Position numbers and translations under genes: made by a program | The notes under the pieces: generated by a model | Database searches by the model: none | What the model was told of the DNA's origin: nothing | The model's input: only the letters and a program-made list of their open reading frames with translations | Part shown: one piece after another, positions 1-9,989 of the stretch | Numbering within the stretch: the first letter of the stretch is position 1 | Layout of the letters: each line of letters starts with the position of its first letter | Origin: Planctomycetota bacterium | GTDB taxonomy: Bacteria; Planctomycetota; B15-G4 | DNA length: 64,000 bases | Assembly (NCBI GenBank): GCA_965248575.1 | Contig: CBDFJQ010000002.1 | Span: forward strand, 352,001-416,000 | Direction: 5' to 3'

Positions 1-878
1 AGGTCCTGCATCATGGCCTTGCGACGGTCTCCGTAGCCGGGGGCCTTGACCGCGCACACGTTGAGGATGCCGCGCAGCTTGTTCACCACGAGCGTGGCCA
101 GGGCCTCGCCCTCGATGTCCTCGGCGATGATCAGCAGGGGGCGGCCGCTCTGGGAGACGGCTTCCAGCACGGGCACCAGGGCCCGGGCGGTGCTGATCTT
201 CTCCTGATGGATCAGGATGTACGGGCGCTCGAAGATCGTCTCGAGGCGCTCGGTGTCCGTGACGAAGTGGCTGGAGAGGAAGCCGCGGTCGAACTGCATG
301 CCTTCCACGATGTCCACGGTCGTGTCGAGGCTCTTGCCCTCCTCGATGGTCAGCACGCCGTCGGCGCCGACCTTGGAGATGGCCGAGGTCAGGATCTTGC
401 CCACGGACAGGTCGTTGTTGGCCGAGATGGTAGCGATCTGCTCGACCAGCTTCTTGTCCTTGACGCTGATCTTGTCGGAGCGCTTCTCGAGTTCTGCGAG
501 GACCGCATCGGTGGCCTTGCGGATGCCGCGCAACAGCCCGTCGCTCTTGGCACCGGCGACGAGCAGCTTGCTGCCCTCGTCGAAAAGTCCGCGGGCGAGG
601 ACCGTCGCGGTGGTCGTGCCATCGCCAGCGATCTTGTTGGTCTTGGAGGCTGCCTCACGCACCAGCTGGGCCGCCATGTTCTCGTAGGGGTCCTCCAGCT
701 CGATCTCGTCGGCAACGGAGACACCATCCTTGGTGATGGTCGGGCCACCCCAGCTCTTGTCGAGGATCGCGTTGCGACCCTTCGGACCGAGGGTGCTCGC
801 CACGGCGCGGGCAATCTTGTGCACGCCGGCCCGCAAGCGATCACGGGCTTCCACGTCGAAGGCCATCTGCTTGGCCAT
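1..878 (-). CDS. groEL: Chaperonin GroEL (5' part; runs off the window start)
   Basis: Manual translation gives [19 protein letters not shown]...TLGPKGRN...[11 protein letters not shown]...[21 protein letters not shown] upstream. Absent from the ORF track because it is truncated. Confidence 0.97.
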   Translation of the reverse strand, partial: MAKQMAFDVEARDRLRAGVHKIARAVASTLGPKGRNAILDKSWGGPTITKDGVSVADEIELEDPYENMAAQLVREAASKTNKIAGDGTTTATVLARGLFDEGSKLLVAGAKSDGLLRGIRKATDAVLAELEKRSDKISVKDKKLVEQIATISANNDLSVGKILTSAISKVGADGVLTIEEGKSLDTTVDIVEGMQFDRGFLSSHFVTDTERLETIFERPYILIHQEKISTARALVPVLEAVSQSGRPLLIIAEDIEGEALATLVVNKLRGILNVCAVKAPGYGDRRKAMMQD

Positions 879-1029
879 GGGGTGACTCTCCATTGTCGTC
901 GGATGTTGTCTTCGGAGTGCGGCAGGCTGGTATCGCGCGCTGCATTCCGTGCCTGGGCGATGCTGATGCTGTGGGGCGCTGTCCCGCTGAGCCGGTCGTG
1001 CCGGGGCGAGACAGTCCTTGCTCCCGTTA

Positions 1030-1045
1030 AGCAAAGGCCGGTCCA
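1030..1045 (-). promoter_or_regulatory. Putative sigma54 (-24/-12) promoter of groEL
   Basis: Minus strand reads TGGACCGGCCTTTGCT, i.e. GG-N10-GC ending in TTGCT. Confidence 0.6.
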
Positions 1046-1199
1046 ATCGAGCTGGGGACGGCTAGGGGGAGCGGCTGGGAGGCGGCTGTGGGACGGCCCG
1101 CGGGAGACTTGTGCAGCATCCGCCGTGAATCCCGGTCGTGAATGCGGGTGGATCGATGCCGTGCGGGCGCTAGGCTGCATTCACCGCCTTGGCCCCATG

Positions 1200-1255
1200 T
1201 GTCAACTTGGCATGGACCCAGGGCATGGCCTCGCAGCGCGCCTGCCACAATGGCG
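1200..1255. promoter_or_regulatory. Two palindromic operator/enhancer-like sites upstream of groEL
   Basis: TGTCA-ACT-TGGCA (1200-1212) and TGCCA-CAA-TGGCG (1243-1255). The same motif occurs twice upstream of clpB. Confidence 0.55.
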
Positions 1256-1357
1256 GCACCTGGCCGGTACGAACGCGGCACCGGGATGGTGCTGGGCCAG
1301 TGCCTGGCTGGTATGGGGCTGGCCGTGGCCCCATCTGATTTCGCTGGAGATGCCTGC

Positions 1358-2698
1358 ATGCGCGTGTTCACGACGTTTTTGAGCGCTCTGTTGCTCCTGG
1401 GTTCTGGGGACCGATGCATGGCGGCAACCCGAAAAGCGCCCTCGCTGCTTCCGCGCACCTCATCTCTCATCGCAGCGCTGGACAGTTCCGAAGGCCAGCA
1501 AGCCTTCCGCTTCGAGACCACGTCCGGCGAACAGGTCGAAGGCTTGCTGCTCGAGACGGATGCCGCCGGGCTGAACCTGCTCGTGGACGGGGTCGCTCGG
1601 GATCTCGGATTCCCGGAGCTGCTGTTGGCCTGGAATCTCACGCCGGTTCCAGAGGCCCGGCTGCTGCCGCTCGACCTGGTTCTTCTGGCTCCCCGCCGAG
1701 CAGACAAGGGCCTGAATGTCCCGGGGGACCGCCTCTGGGGCTTTCTCCTGGGCGGCGATGAGTTCTCGCTCCAGCTGCGGCTCGATGGGGGGACCGATGT
1801 GGAGATCCCCTTTGACGAGGTGGATCGGATCCTGCCCGGCGTGAACCGCCCCCTGGACCGCCTCATGGACCTGGAAGGTGGCGGCTATGACGACCGTCTC
1901 TGGCGGCGCAGAAAGGACGGCGGCTTGGACGGTGTCACAGGGGTCCTCTCGGGTATGGACACCGAGGGGCTCGTGCTGGAAAGCGCTCTGGGAGACCTGG
2001 ACTTCGCCTTTGAGGATGTCCTGGCCTTGGTGCTCGCCGAGACGGAGCACCCAGGGCGCGAGCTGGAAGGCACGCCCGTCCTGGTGCGGCTCATGATGGG
2101 GTCGCTGTTCGAGGCTGGGCTGAAGCGTATCGAGGGGGGCAGGGTTCACCTGAGCAGCCAGTTCGCTGCCAACCTGACCATCCCCCAAGCGGACATCGCA
2201 TCGCTGCTGTTCCTCGAACGGGAGGACGAAGCTGAGCTGGGTGCGTTGCCCCTTTCGCGGGGGGAGCCCCTCCACGTGGAGGAGTGGCCGTCTCTGGGCG
2301 GGCCGGAGGCACTGCTCTACCCCTGGCGTCGCGAGCTCTCGGTTAGCGGCGGCCCGCTCCGCCTCGCTGGGCTGTTGCGGGCGACAGGCCTGGGAGTGCA
2401 CGCCAACGCACGCTTGCGCTTCGCCGTGCCGCCGGGCATGCACGCTCTGCGTGTCACGGTGGGGCTGGTAGATGAGGTGCTGGAGCTGCCCGCCGAGGCG
2501 TCCGTGAGCTTCGAACTCCTCGTGGACGGCGAGTCCAAGGCGAGCACAGGACTCGTCGTGGAAGGAGATCCGCCACGGGACCTGCGTGTGAGCGGATTGC
2601 GAGCGGGTCAGACGATCGAGCTGCTGACCCTGGACGGCGGCGATCTGGATGCAGGCGATCGGGCCGCGTGGGTCGACGGTGTGTTTCTTCCGCGCTGA
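1358..2698 (+). CDS. Secreted protein with C-terminal NPCBM/NEW2-like domain
   Basis: GGAG RBS before ATG 1358 and a signal-peptide-like start. The C-terminal GLGVHA...VGLVDE...SVSFELLVDG...GDRAAWVD pattern is typical of NPCBM. Confidence 0.7.
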   Translation: MRVFTTFLSALLLLGSGDRCMAATRKAPSLLPRTSSLIAALDSSEGQQAFRFETTSGEQVEGLLLETDAAGLNLLVDGVARDLGFPELLLAWNLTPVPEARLLPLDLVLLAPRRADKGLNVPGDRLWGFLLGGDEFSLQLRLDGGTDVEIPFDEVDRILPGVNRPLDRLMDLEGGGYDDRLWRRRKDGGLDGVTGVLSGMDTEGLVLESALGDLDFAFEDVLALVLAETEHPGRELEGTPVLVRLMMGSLFEAGLKRIEGGRVHLSSQFAANLTIPQADIASLLFLEREDEAELGALPLSRGEPLHVEEWPSLGGPEALLYPWRRELSVSGGPLRLAGLLRATGLGVHANARLRFAVPPGMHALRVTVGLVDEVLELPAEASVSFELLVDGESKASTGLVVEGDPPRDLRVSGLRAGQTIELLTLDGGDLDAGDRAAWVDGVFLPR

Positions 2699-2726
2699 CA
2701 GAACGCGCTGACTGAATGGGTGGGGC

Positions 2727-2754
2727 CCCGCGCCCGCCGGGGCTCGGGCGCGGG
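2727..2754. terminator. GC-rich hairpin, possible terminator
   Basis: CCCGCGCCCG / CGGGCGCGGG 10-bp stem just after stop 2698. No U-tract. Confidence 0.3.
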
Positions 2755-2802
2755 CTGGGGTGGTCGCCGTAACAGCCTTGGTCTCCGCTCGTCGAGCAGG
2801 GC

Positions 2803-3534
2803 ATGACGCTTCGAACACACGCGGCTCCTTTCGTGCCTTCGGACCTCGCTGACGAAGAGCTGCTGGGCATCGTGCTGGGCCGAGAGATCGCTCCCGGTCC
2901 GTGGCAGGGGCAGGGGCAGGGGCCCGTGTCGTCGTGGAGCGCCCCCTGTCGCGCGATCCTGGATGAGTGGGGAGGCTTGGCGCGCGCTGCACGCCTGGCC
3001 ATCCCTGAGCTGGAACGGGCTCTGGCTTCCTTGCCCGAGGGCGGCGAGCCGGCTGAGCCCTCTCTGGGCTCTCGGCGTGCGTCAGCTCGCCTTGTCGCCG
3101 CCGCCTTGGAGCTGGGACGACGGGGGACACGGGAGCCACTGCCCTTGGGCAGGGCCGTGCGGGAGGCCGCCGATCTCGAGCCCCATTTGCGTGGACTGTT
3201 TGCCGGTGCTCGCAAGGAGTTGTTCCTCGTGGTGCTGCTGGACGCGAAGAACAGGCCGCTGCGGGTGGAGCGCGTCAGCGAAGGCTGCCTGACCTGGTCG
3301 GTGGTTCATCCCCGGGAGGTGTTCGCACCGGCCGTGCGCGAAGGAGCGGGGGCGGTGATCGTGGCGCACAATCACCCAAGTGGTGACCCCGAGCCCAGCC
3401 GCCAGGACTTGGAGGTGACGGATCGGCTGCATCGGGTCGGGGCGCTGCTCGGTATCCCCCTGCTGGACCACATCGTCATGGGTGCCGACCGTTGCGTCTC
3501 CTTGCGGGCGCGCAAGCAACTGACGGGGGCATGA
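2803..3534 (+). CDS. radC: RadC-like JAB/MPN domain protein
   Basis: VHPREVF, HNHPSGDPEPSRQD and LLDHIV motifs. Confidence 0.92.
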   Translation: MTLRTHAAPFVPSDLADEELLGIVLGREIAPGPWQGQGQGPVSSWSAPCRAILDEWGGLARAARLAIPELERALASLPEGGEPAEPSLGSRRASARLVAAALELGRRGTREPLPLGRAVREAADLEPHLRGLFAGARKELFLVVLLDAKNRPLRVERVSEGCLTWSVVHPREVFAPAVREGAGAVIVAHNHPSGDPEPSRQDLEVTDRLHRVGALLGIPLLDHIVMGADRCVSLRARKQLTGA

Positions 3535-3565
3535 TTCGCGCGCTTCAGGCCGCGAGCAGGCCCGC

Positions 3566-4975
3566 TCAGCGCGAACCGAGGGCGGCTCGCGCCCGTTGCA
3601 GGGCAGGGCCCCTGTCGGTGCTGGGCTGCTTCGCATCCAGACCGTGATCGCTGCCCGTCAAAGCGATCAGGCGTTCGATGGCGGGGTAGACCCATGCGGG
3701 GTCGTCCAGGGCCAGCCACTCCATCAAGCGGTCCGGCGGGCGCGAGTCGTCGAGCAGCAGAAGGCTCGCTTCCAATGCCACCTGTTGATCGGGCGGTGCC
3801 TGGGATGCCCCGGCTCGGGCTTCCCATTCCAAAGCGGTGTCCCGCGCTGCGTCGAGGCCCGTTGCACCCAGGGCGTTCAGCACCGCCAGGCGCACCTCGG
3901 GCTCGGACCGAATCTCGAGGGCGTTGATCAGTGGGTCCGCCACGCGCGCGGCTCCACACACGCCGGCGGCCCGCGCAGCCAAGGCCGGGGAGGGATCCGA
4001 CAGCAGGGGGCCCGCTGCGATGACCGCCAACCGGCTGCATTCCTTGCGATCGACGTTGGCTGCAAGTTTCCTCATCACGTCCAGGACATGCAGCCGGATG
4101 TAGTCGTCCGTGGACTCCATGCCTTCTCGCAGGAAGGGCAGCACGTCGGGGCCGAGTTGGACCAGGGTGTAGACGGCGCCGTCGATCTGCCGCAGTTGGT
4201 AGGTCTGGAGGTGAGCCACGAGCAGCCTCGTGCGCGTGACCAGGCCCGGTTCTTCCAGGGGGCCGGACGTTGCCCACAGCCTCAGGCGGTTCTGCTCCCA
4301 CCACGCCTGGGCCCGTGCCGAGGCCGCCTCCCGATCAGGGATCGAGCCATCGGGATCGAATCCGAAGGTCTGGCCCGCCAGGGCTTGGAGGCCTTCCAGG
4401 GCCAACTCCTGAACGAAGGCCATGCGCGTGGTGGGTGTCCAGGGCAGCCGGGTGCGAGAGGCTTCGTGGTCCGTGCCCTCCGCCAGCATCATGAGGATCA
4501 GCGGCACGCCGGCCGGATTGCCGAGGCGAGCGAGAGCGGAGGCCGCGGCTGCCCGAACCGTGATGGGCACGTCGTAGTCCACAGGGTGCGGGCCCAGGGA
4601 TTTCAGCAGGCGTGGGATCGCGGCTCGCTCGCCCCGGGTTCCCAGCTCCCGTGCCGCTGCGCAGGCCACACCCTCCTGCTCGTGACGCAGGGCTGCCATC
4701 AAGGTCGTCAAGACTGCGGTGTCGTTCGCGTCCGAGAGCTCGCTCAGCGCCTCGAGCAGGCTGGCGGGAGGCGTCATCGCGAGCACATCCTGGCGAGGGG
4801 CGGGCTCGCCGGGGAGGGGGGCCGCCAGGACGTCGCGCCAGAACCACACCTCGTCCCGGGCGGCAACCCCCGGCAGATCGGGCAGATCGGGCTGTTCTGG
4901 GGAGCAGGCCCCAGACAGCAGGCTGAGGCCGAGCACCCAGGAGATGCTGCGGGCAACGCGTCGAAGGGGAGCCAT
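3566..4975 (-). CDS. HEAT-repeat lipoprotein
   Basis: Lipobox-like LLSGAC and repeats such as VRAAAASALARLG and VRLAVLNALGATG. Start uncertain (4975-5041). Confidence 0.7.
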   Translation of the reverse strand: MAPLRRVARSISWVLGLSLLSGACSPEQPDLPDLPGVAARDEVWFWRDVLAAPLPGEPAPRQDVLAMTPPASLLEALSELSDANDTAVLTTLMAALRHEQEGVACAAARELGTRGERAAIPRLLKSLGPHPVDYDVPITVRAAAASALARLGNPAGVPLILMMLAEGTDHEASRTRLPWTPTTRMAFVQELALEGLQALAGQTFGFDPDGSIPDREAASARAQAWWEQNRLRLWATSGPLEEPGLVTRTRLLVAHLQTYQLRQIDGAVYTLVQLGPDVLPFLREGMESTDDYIRLHVLDVMRKLAANVDRKECSRLAVIAAGPLLSDPSPALAARAAGVCGAARVADPLINALEIRSEPEVRLAVLNALGATGLDAARDTALEWEARAGASQAPPDQQVALEASLLLLDDSRPPDRLMEWLALDDPAWVYPAIERLIALTGSDHGLDAKQPSTDRGPALQRARAALGSR

Positions 4976-5106
4976 GGGTCGGATGCTCTTGTCGATGGGA
5001 CCTGCGATGGAACGGTGACTCATGCTGGGTGAGTTTGACATGGCGGCGTGCCGACCGGTATGCCAGCATCGAAGCTTGCCGAAGTAGTGAACGCAGGAGT
5101 GAACTT

Positions 5107-5391
5107 ATGACGTCCCAGGAACCCAGTGTCGGTCTCGATAAGGACCTGCTCGAGATCCTCGCGTGCCCCGAGACCAAGGAACCCGTGCAGCTCGCTGACG
5201 GTGAGCTCATTGCCCGGGTGAACGCGGCCATCGAGGGTGATGGCCTGATGTCTCGGGACGGCCAGAAGATCGAAAAGACGCTCGACAGCGGGCTGCTGCG
5301 GCAGGACGGCAAGGTGCTGTACCCCGTGCGTGGTGGCATCCCCATCATGCTCGTGGATGAGGCCATTCTCATCGAGAGCTTGCCCGCCTGA
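5107..5391 (+). CDS. Trm112-family protein
   Basis: LLEILACPETK...YPVRGGIPIMLVDEA. AGGAG RBS before ATG 5107. Confidence 0.85.
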   Translation: MTSQEPSVGLDKDLLEILACPETKEPVQLADGELIARVNAAIEGDGLMSRDGQKIEKTLDSGLLRQDGKVLYPVRGGIPIMLVDEAILIESLPA

Positions 5392-5555
5392 GTCCCATGT
5401 CTGCCTGAAGACGGCCCGCAGAACGTGGTGCACCCCAACGGTGCAAGAACACGGCTCGGCACGGTCTCGCTTCTCCCTCTCGGATCGGCCTTTTTAGGGG
5501 CATCGGCTCCAGGTCTCCGAGGATATTTGCCCCCTGCGTGACACACGATCGACTC

Positions 5556-7433
5556 ATGGAAAAGCGGCTGCCGATTGCGCTCGTCCTGAGCATGCTGTTC
5601 CTCCTCTGGTACCTGGGCCGCTTTGCTCCACCGCCGGAGGAAGCTGGGCTCGCAGGTGGGGAGACAGCCGCCTCAGGAGCACCGGAACCAGGGGGCATGG
5701 ACACGTCGTCCAGAGCGTCCACCGAAGCGGGCGGGCAGATTCCAGCCGTTGGACAGGGCACGCCCGGCGACGACCTCCCCGTGGAAGGCGACCCTCTTGC
5801 GGTCTCCACCGCGCCCGATCGATTGGTGGACGTGCAGACCGCGGACACCTTGGCGACGTGGCAAGCACGCGGTGCCTCCCTGGCGAGCTTGGACCTGAGG
5901 GACTACCGCGTCAGCCCGGAGGACGATGCGGCCATGCCCTTGATGGGGCCCGTCGATGGACCCAAGGGCAGCTTCCTGGTGCGGGACGTGGCGGATCGCT
6001 ACGGCCTCGATCGGCTCAACTGGGAGGTTGAGCAGTCGAGCTTGCCGGATGGTGGCCAGGAGCTCGTATTCACCCACCTCACCAGCGACGGCCTGGAGTT
6101 CCGCCGGACGGTGCGGCACTTCAACGACGAGGGGCGACCACACACCTTCGGCATGAGCCTGGAGGTCAGCAACGTCGGTTCGGCTCGCAGCGAGCAACTG
6201 ACCTTGGTGCAGCAGAGCGCACGAGGTCTGGTGGATGAAGAGGCGGGCTCGGCGTTCTACGGCCAACCCACGGCGCTCGTCGTCGTGCAGCGCGCGCCGC
6301 ACGAACCCGAGATCGTGAAGTGGTCGGAAGATGACTTGCGCGGGGATTCGCGCCGCATCGGTGATGCAGAGCGGGTGTTGGCTGCAGGCACGATCACGAA
6401 CTATTTCAGCTCGATCCTGGTGCCTCTCGGCGACACACGGGTGGTGCAGGTCTTCCCGCTGTCCGTGGAGGACAAGCTGAAGCTCGAGCGCCACGTGCAG
6501 GCGGAGAATCCGGCGGACGAACGGGAGGCCGATCGGCTGCGCATGGAGATGCGCCCCAAGACCCAGGCTGCCGCCGGCGTGGAGTTGCAGCTGTGGGTCC
6601 CCGTGCTCGACCCCGGTGAAAGCAGTCGCTTCGACTTCGAGGTCTACAACGGCCCCCAGGATCTCGAGACGGCTGCCCTGCCCGGCTACGCCTTCCTGAC
6701 CCCGGTGATCGAATCGGCCTACGGCAACTGGGGTTGGATCAACAGCACGCTGTTGCAGATCCTGCGCTTCTTCCAGTCGGTGGTGGGCAACTGGGGCGTG
6801 GCGGTCATCCTGCTCACGTTGCTCGTGAAGACGGTGCTCTTTCCGCTGAACCGCAAGCAGCAGACGAGCATGGCGAAATACTCCGCCGTGATGGGCAAGC
6901 TCAAGCCACAGCTCGATGAGCTGAAGGCCAAGTACAAGAAGAACACCAAGAAGTACAACGAAGAGCAGATGAAGCTGCTCAAGGCCGAGGGAGCGTCGCC
7001 GCCCCTCGGTGGTTGTTTGCTGACCTTCTTGCAGTTCCCGATCTGGATCAGCTTGTTCCAGATCCTGGGAACCTCCATCGAGCTGCGGCAGTCGCACTTC
7101 GTTGGTTGGATCGACGACTTGTCCCGCCCGGACGCCATGCCTTTGGGTATTGGCGGGATGGACACCTTGAACCTGCTGCCGATCCTGATGGCCGTGGCGA
7201 CGACGGTCCAGATGCGCTTCCAGGCCAAGCCTGCTGATGCGCAGCAGGCTCAAACCCAGAAGATCATGGGCATGGTCATGCCGGTCTTCATGCTGTTCTT
7301 CCTCTACAGCTACTCTTCTGGGCTGTCGCTCTACATCTTCACGTCCTCGCTCATCGGCATCTTCGAGTTCCAGGTCATCCGGCGTATCTGGCCGATGCCT
7401 GGCATGCCGGGAGTCCCCACCGGAAAGGCCTGA
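5556..7433 (+). CDS. yidC: Membrane protein insertase YidC
   Basis: N-terminal TM, large periplasmic domain, GNWGVAVILLTLLVK..LFPL, GGCL..LQFPIW, WIDDLSRPD, SGLSLYIF. Confidence 0.95.
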   Translation: MEKRLPIALVLSMLFLLWYLGRFAPPPEEAGLAGGETAASGAPEPGGMDTSSRASTEAGGQIPAVGQGTPGDDLPVEGDPLAVSTAPDRLVDVQTADTLATWQARGASLASLDLRDYRVSPEDDAAMPLMGPVDGPKGSFLVRDVADRYGLDRLNWEVEQSSLPDGGQELVFTHLTSDGLEFRRTVRHFNDEGRPHTFGMSLEVSNVGSARSEQLTLVQQSARGLVDEEAGSAFYGQPTALVVVQRAPHEPEIVKWSEDDLRGDSRRIGDAERVLAAGTITNYFSSILVPLGDTRVVQVFPLSVEDKLKLERHVQAENPADEREADRLRMEMRPKTQAAAGVELQLWVPVLDPGESSRFDFEVYNGPQDLETAALPGYAFLTPVIESAYGNWGWINSTLLQILRFFQSVVGNWGVAVILLTLLVKTVLFPLNRKQQTSMAKYSAVMGKLKPQLDELKAKYKKNTKKYNEEQMKLLKAEGASPPLGGCLLTFLQFPIWISLFQILGTSIELRQSHFVGWIDDLSRPDAMPLGIGGMDTLNLLPILMAVATTVQMRFQAKPADAQQAQTQKIMGMVMPVFMLFFLYSYSSGLSLYIFTSSLIGIFEFQVIRRIWPMPGMPGVPTGKA

Positions 7434-7439
7434 TCGCCC

Positions 7440-8423
7440 ATGCCCAGCCGTTCATCTCGCCCCAAGAACTCACGCCTCGTTCTGGTGGTCATCCTGGGCT
7501 TGCTGGGTTGGGGGGCCTGGAGCATGGTGAACGGGGGCGGGGCTCCGGACTACGACAAGCTCGCCATCCGTCCACTGCCCTACGTCAACTACGGTTGGAA
7601 GGCGGACTTCACCCGGCAGGGGGAGTGGGTACGCTCCACCAACCCGGATGGTTTCCGGGGCGACGAGATCGTTCGCCCCAAGCCGGCGGGCACCTTCCGT
7701 ATCGTCTGCCTCGGTGGGTCGACCACCTACACGTCCTTCGTCGACGACGACCAGACCTATCCGGTGCTGCTCGAGCAGGAGCTGAGCGAAGCCTTTCCTC
7801 AGCGCAAGTTCGAGGTCATCAACGCAGGGGTCGAGTCGTACACGAGCGCGGAGAGCGTGGCCAACCTGGCGTTCCGCTGCTTGGACTTCGAGGCAGACAT
7901 GATCGTCGTCTACCACGCAGCCAACGACGTCCGGCCGCGGCGCTACCCCGACTTCGACGCCGGCTACACGTCCTACCGCAAGCTCTGGGACGGGCGCACG
8001 GACAACTACGTGAAGCGCGAGGGCGAGCTGGGCGGCTTCAATACCTTCATCCAGCACCCGCCGAATGGTGGAGAGCAAACGGAAGCGCAGAAGCTCGAGA
8101 ACGCCGCACGCGCTGGGACGCGAGCGTTCCGGAACAACCTGCTGAGTCTCGTGGGCCTGGCCCGCGTGCATGGCATGCAGCCGGTGTTGGTCACCATGGC
8201 TGCGAGCCGCAGCAAGTGCACGGCGGACCTGGCGAGCGGCATCCGTGAGCACAACGACGTCATCCGCAGTGTGTGCGCCGAGCAGGGCCTGCCGTGCATC
8301 GACTTCGCCCCCAAGATGGCCCAGGCGGACGAACTCTGGCGGGATGCGGTGCACGTCACCTCCGAGGGCTCCGTGCTCAAGGCGAAGCTGATCGCCGAGG
8401 AGCTGGCCGGCTTCCTGCAGTGA
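7440..8423 (+). CDS. Membrane-anchored SGNH/GDSL hydrolase
   Basis: CLGGSTT block I, VINAGV, AANDV and DAVH catalytic motifs. Confidence 0.85.
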   Translation: MPSRSSRPKNSRLVLVVILGLLGWGAWSMVNGGGAPDYDKLAIRPLPYVNYGWKADFTRQGEWVRSTNPDGFRGDEIVRPKPAGTFRIVCLGGSTTYTSFVDDDQTYPVLLEQELSEAFPQRKFEVINAGVESYTSAESVANLAFRCLDFEADMIVVYHAANDVRPRRYPDFDAGYTSYRKLWDGRTDNYVKREGELGGFNTFIQHPPNGGEQTEAQKLENAARAGTRAFRNNLLSLVGLARVHGMQPVLVTMAASRSKCTADLASGIREHNDVIRSVCAEQGLPCIDFAPKMAQADELWRDAVHVTSEGSVLKAKLIAEELAGFLQ

Positions 8424-9862
8424 GTGATGCCGCAGGGCAGCTGACGGACACCATCGTCGCTCCCTGTACCGCGCCCGGCGCCGGAGAACGCGCCATCGTG
8501 CGCGTGTCGGGGCGCATGGCGCACGAGCTGACCGCCCAGGTGCTGGGTGGTGTTCCCGCGACCGAATCAGAGGACGGGCAGCCTGGGCAGCCGGTGGTTC
8601 GGGCCCTGTTCGACCTCGGTGCAGTCCGTGGAGACGCCCCGGTTCCGGTGCAGTTGCTTCGTTGGTGGGCTCCCCGCTCTTTGACGGGAGAGCACGTGGT
8701 GGAGATCCACATGCCGGCTTGGCCGGCCCTCGTCACCGAATTCGTGCGGCGCCTTGTGGGTGCGGGCGCCCGGCCTGCCGCCCGAGGGGAGTTCGCGCGA
8801 CGAGCCTGGGTCCACGGCAAGCTGGACGCCGCCGGAGTGATGGCCTTGAGCCAGCTCGTCAATGCCACCACCATCGCCGAGGCGGCAGAAGCAGCCGAGG
8901 CTCTCGTGGGCCAAAGCAGCATCGCTCGGCGCGAGCTGGCAGCAGCTCTTCTCGACGCGTTGGCCTTGATCGAAGCGCACGTCGACTTCGAGGAGGAGGA
9001 CACCGAAGAAGTGGGCGAGGCCGACTTGCGGGCTGCCCTGGAGCGGGTCGCTGACTGCGCCCAGGCCATGGGGCAGCGCGGTTCCGGTGCGGCTGTCCGT
9101 GACGGTGTGACGGACGTGGTGCTGCTGGGCGTTCCCAATGTTGGCAAGTCCAGTTTGTTCGGGGCGCTGTGTCCCGGTGCGCGGAGCGCGGTCTCGGCCG
9201 TGGCTGGCACGACGCGCGATGCCCTCGAAGCGCATGTCACCCGCGCAGGGCGGCGCTTCCGGATCCTGGATGGGCCAGGACTGGACGAACAGTTCCTGCT
9301 GCCTTCGGGTTTACAGGATCCAGGCTCCGAAGCCGCTGACCACCAGAGCTTGGATGTCCTTGCCATGCAGCGTTACGTCGCGCAGCTTCCACCCGACGCC
9401 GTGGTCCTGTTCGTGGACGGTCCGGCCGACGGGCAGCCGCAGGCGGGCACCTTCGCAGATCGCCTCTGCCAGCAACTTGTCGCTGATCGACCGTGCGTGC
9501 GGGTCTGGAACAAGATCGATCTGCTCCCGGAGCAGCAGCGCATGGGTGCTCGGAGTGGCGGGTGCCTTCCCGTCTCCGCGCTTCAGGGCTGGGGGCTCGA
9601 GGAACTCTGGGAGGCTGTGCTGAAGGTGGCTCCTGTCGCTCTTTCCGGCGACCTTTCGCTGAGGGCAGACGCCGACGCGGCCCAAGCGCTCCTGCCGTGG
9701 CTGGAGGAGCTGGACGCGGCGCCTCTGGAGGGAGCCCTGCCTGCCTTGTCCTTGGCCCTGCGCGACATGCTGGAGGTGCTTGAGCGCGATGCCGACGCCC
9801 GCTTGGATGTGGACGAGGAGATCCTGGATCGCGTGTTTTCCGGCTTCTGTGTGGGCAAGTAG
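8420..9862 (+). CDS. mnmE: tRNA modification GTPase MnmE/TrmE (divergent)
   Basis: DTIVA..TAPG, GEFARRA..GKLD, GVPNVGKSS, GTTRD, NKIDL and C-terminal FSGFCVGK. GTG start overlaps the upstream TGA. Confidence 0.9.
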   Translation: MSDAAGQLTDTIVAPCTAPGAGERAIVRVSGRMAHELTAQVLGGVPATESEDGQPGQPVVRALFDLGAVRGDAPVPVQLLRWWAPRSLTGEHVVEIHMPAWPALVTEFVRRLVGAGARPAARGEFARRAWVHGKLDAAGVMALSQLVNATTIAEAAEAAEALVGQSSIARRELAAALLDALALIEAHVDFEEEDTEEVGEADLRAALERVADCAQAMGQRGSGAAVRDGVTDVVLLGVPNVGKSSLFGALCPGARSAVSAVAGTTRDALEAHVTRAGRRFRILDGPGLDEQFLLPSGLQDPGSEAADHQSLDVLAMQRYVAQLPPDAVVLFVDGPADGQPQAGTFADRLCQQLVADRPCVRVWNKIDLLPEQQRMGARSGGCLPVSALQGWGLEELWEAVLKVAPVALSGDLSLRADADAAQALLPWLEELDAAPLEGALPALSLALRDMLEVLERDADARLDVDEEILDRVFSGFCVGK

Positions 9863-9989
9863 GCCGCGGCGCAGGGCCCACATCCGTGTCCCCGACGGTG
9901 CGCGAGGACTAGAAGTCGTGGTGTGAGTCCATAGGACCCGGACCTGGCGCAAAGAACCCATGCAGCGGCGGAGGTAGACTGAATCACTG

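Noticed and set aside
879..1357. CIRCE/HrcA operator upstream of groEL
   Set aside because: No TTAGCACTC-N9-GAGTGCTAA match; only an isolated GAGTGC near 915.
1142..1357. N-terminal extensions given by the ORF track (also at 8273, 13271, 23702, 34932, 40126, 51096 and 58659)
   Set aside because: Downstream starts fit RBS position, gene overlaps and family N-termini better, and the extensions run over neighbouring genes or promoters.
2903..2922. GGCAGG hexamer repeats (also near 39729-39750)
   Set aside because: Only about three copies each, encoding low-complexity QG or LP linkers, which is unremarkable at this GC content.
2803..3534. radC as a marker of a mobile element or defence island
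   Set aside because: It is the long chromosomal type and has no mobile-element neighbours.
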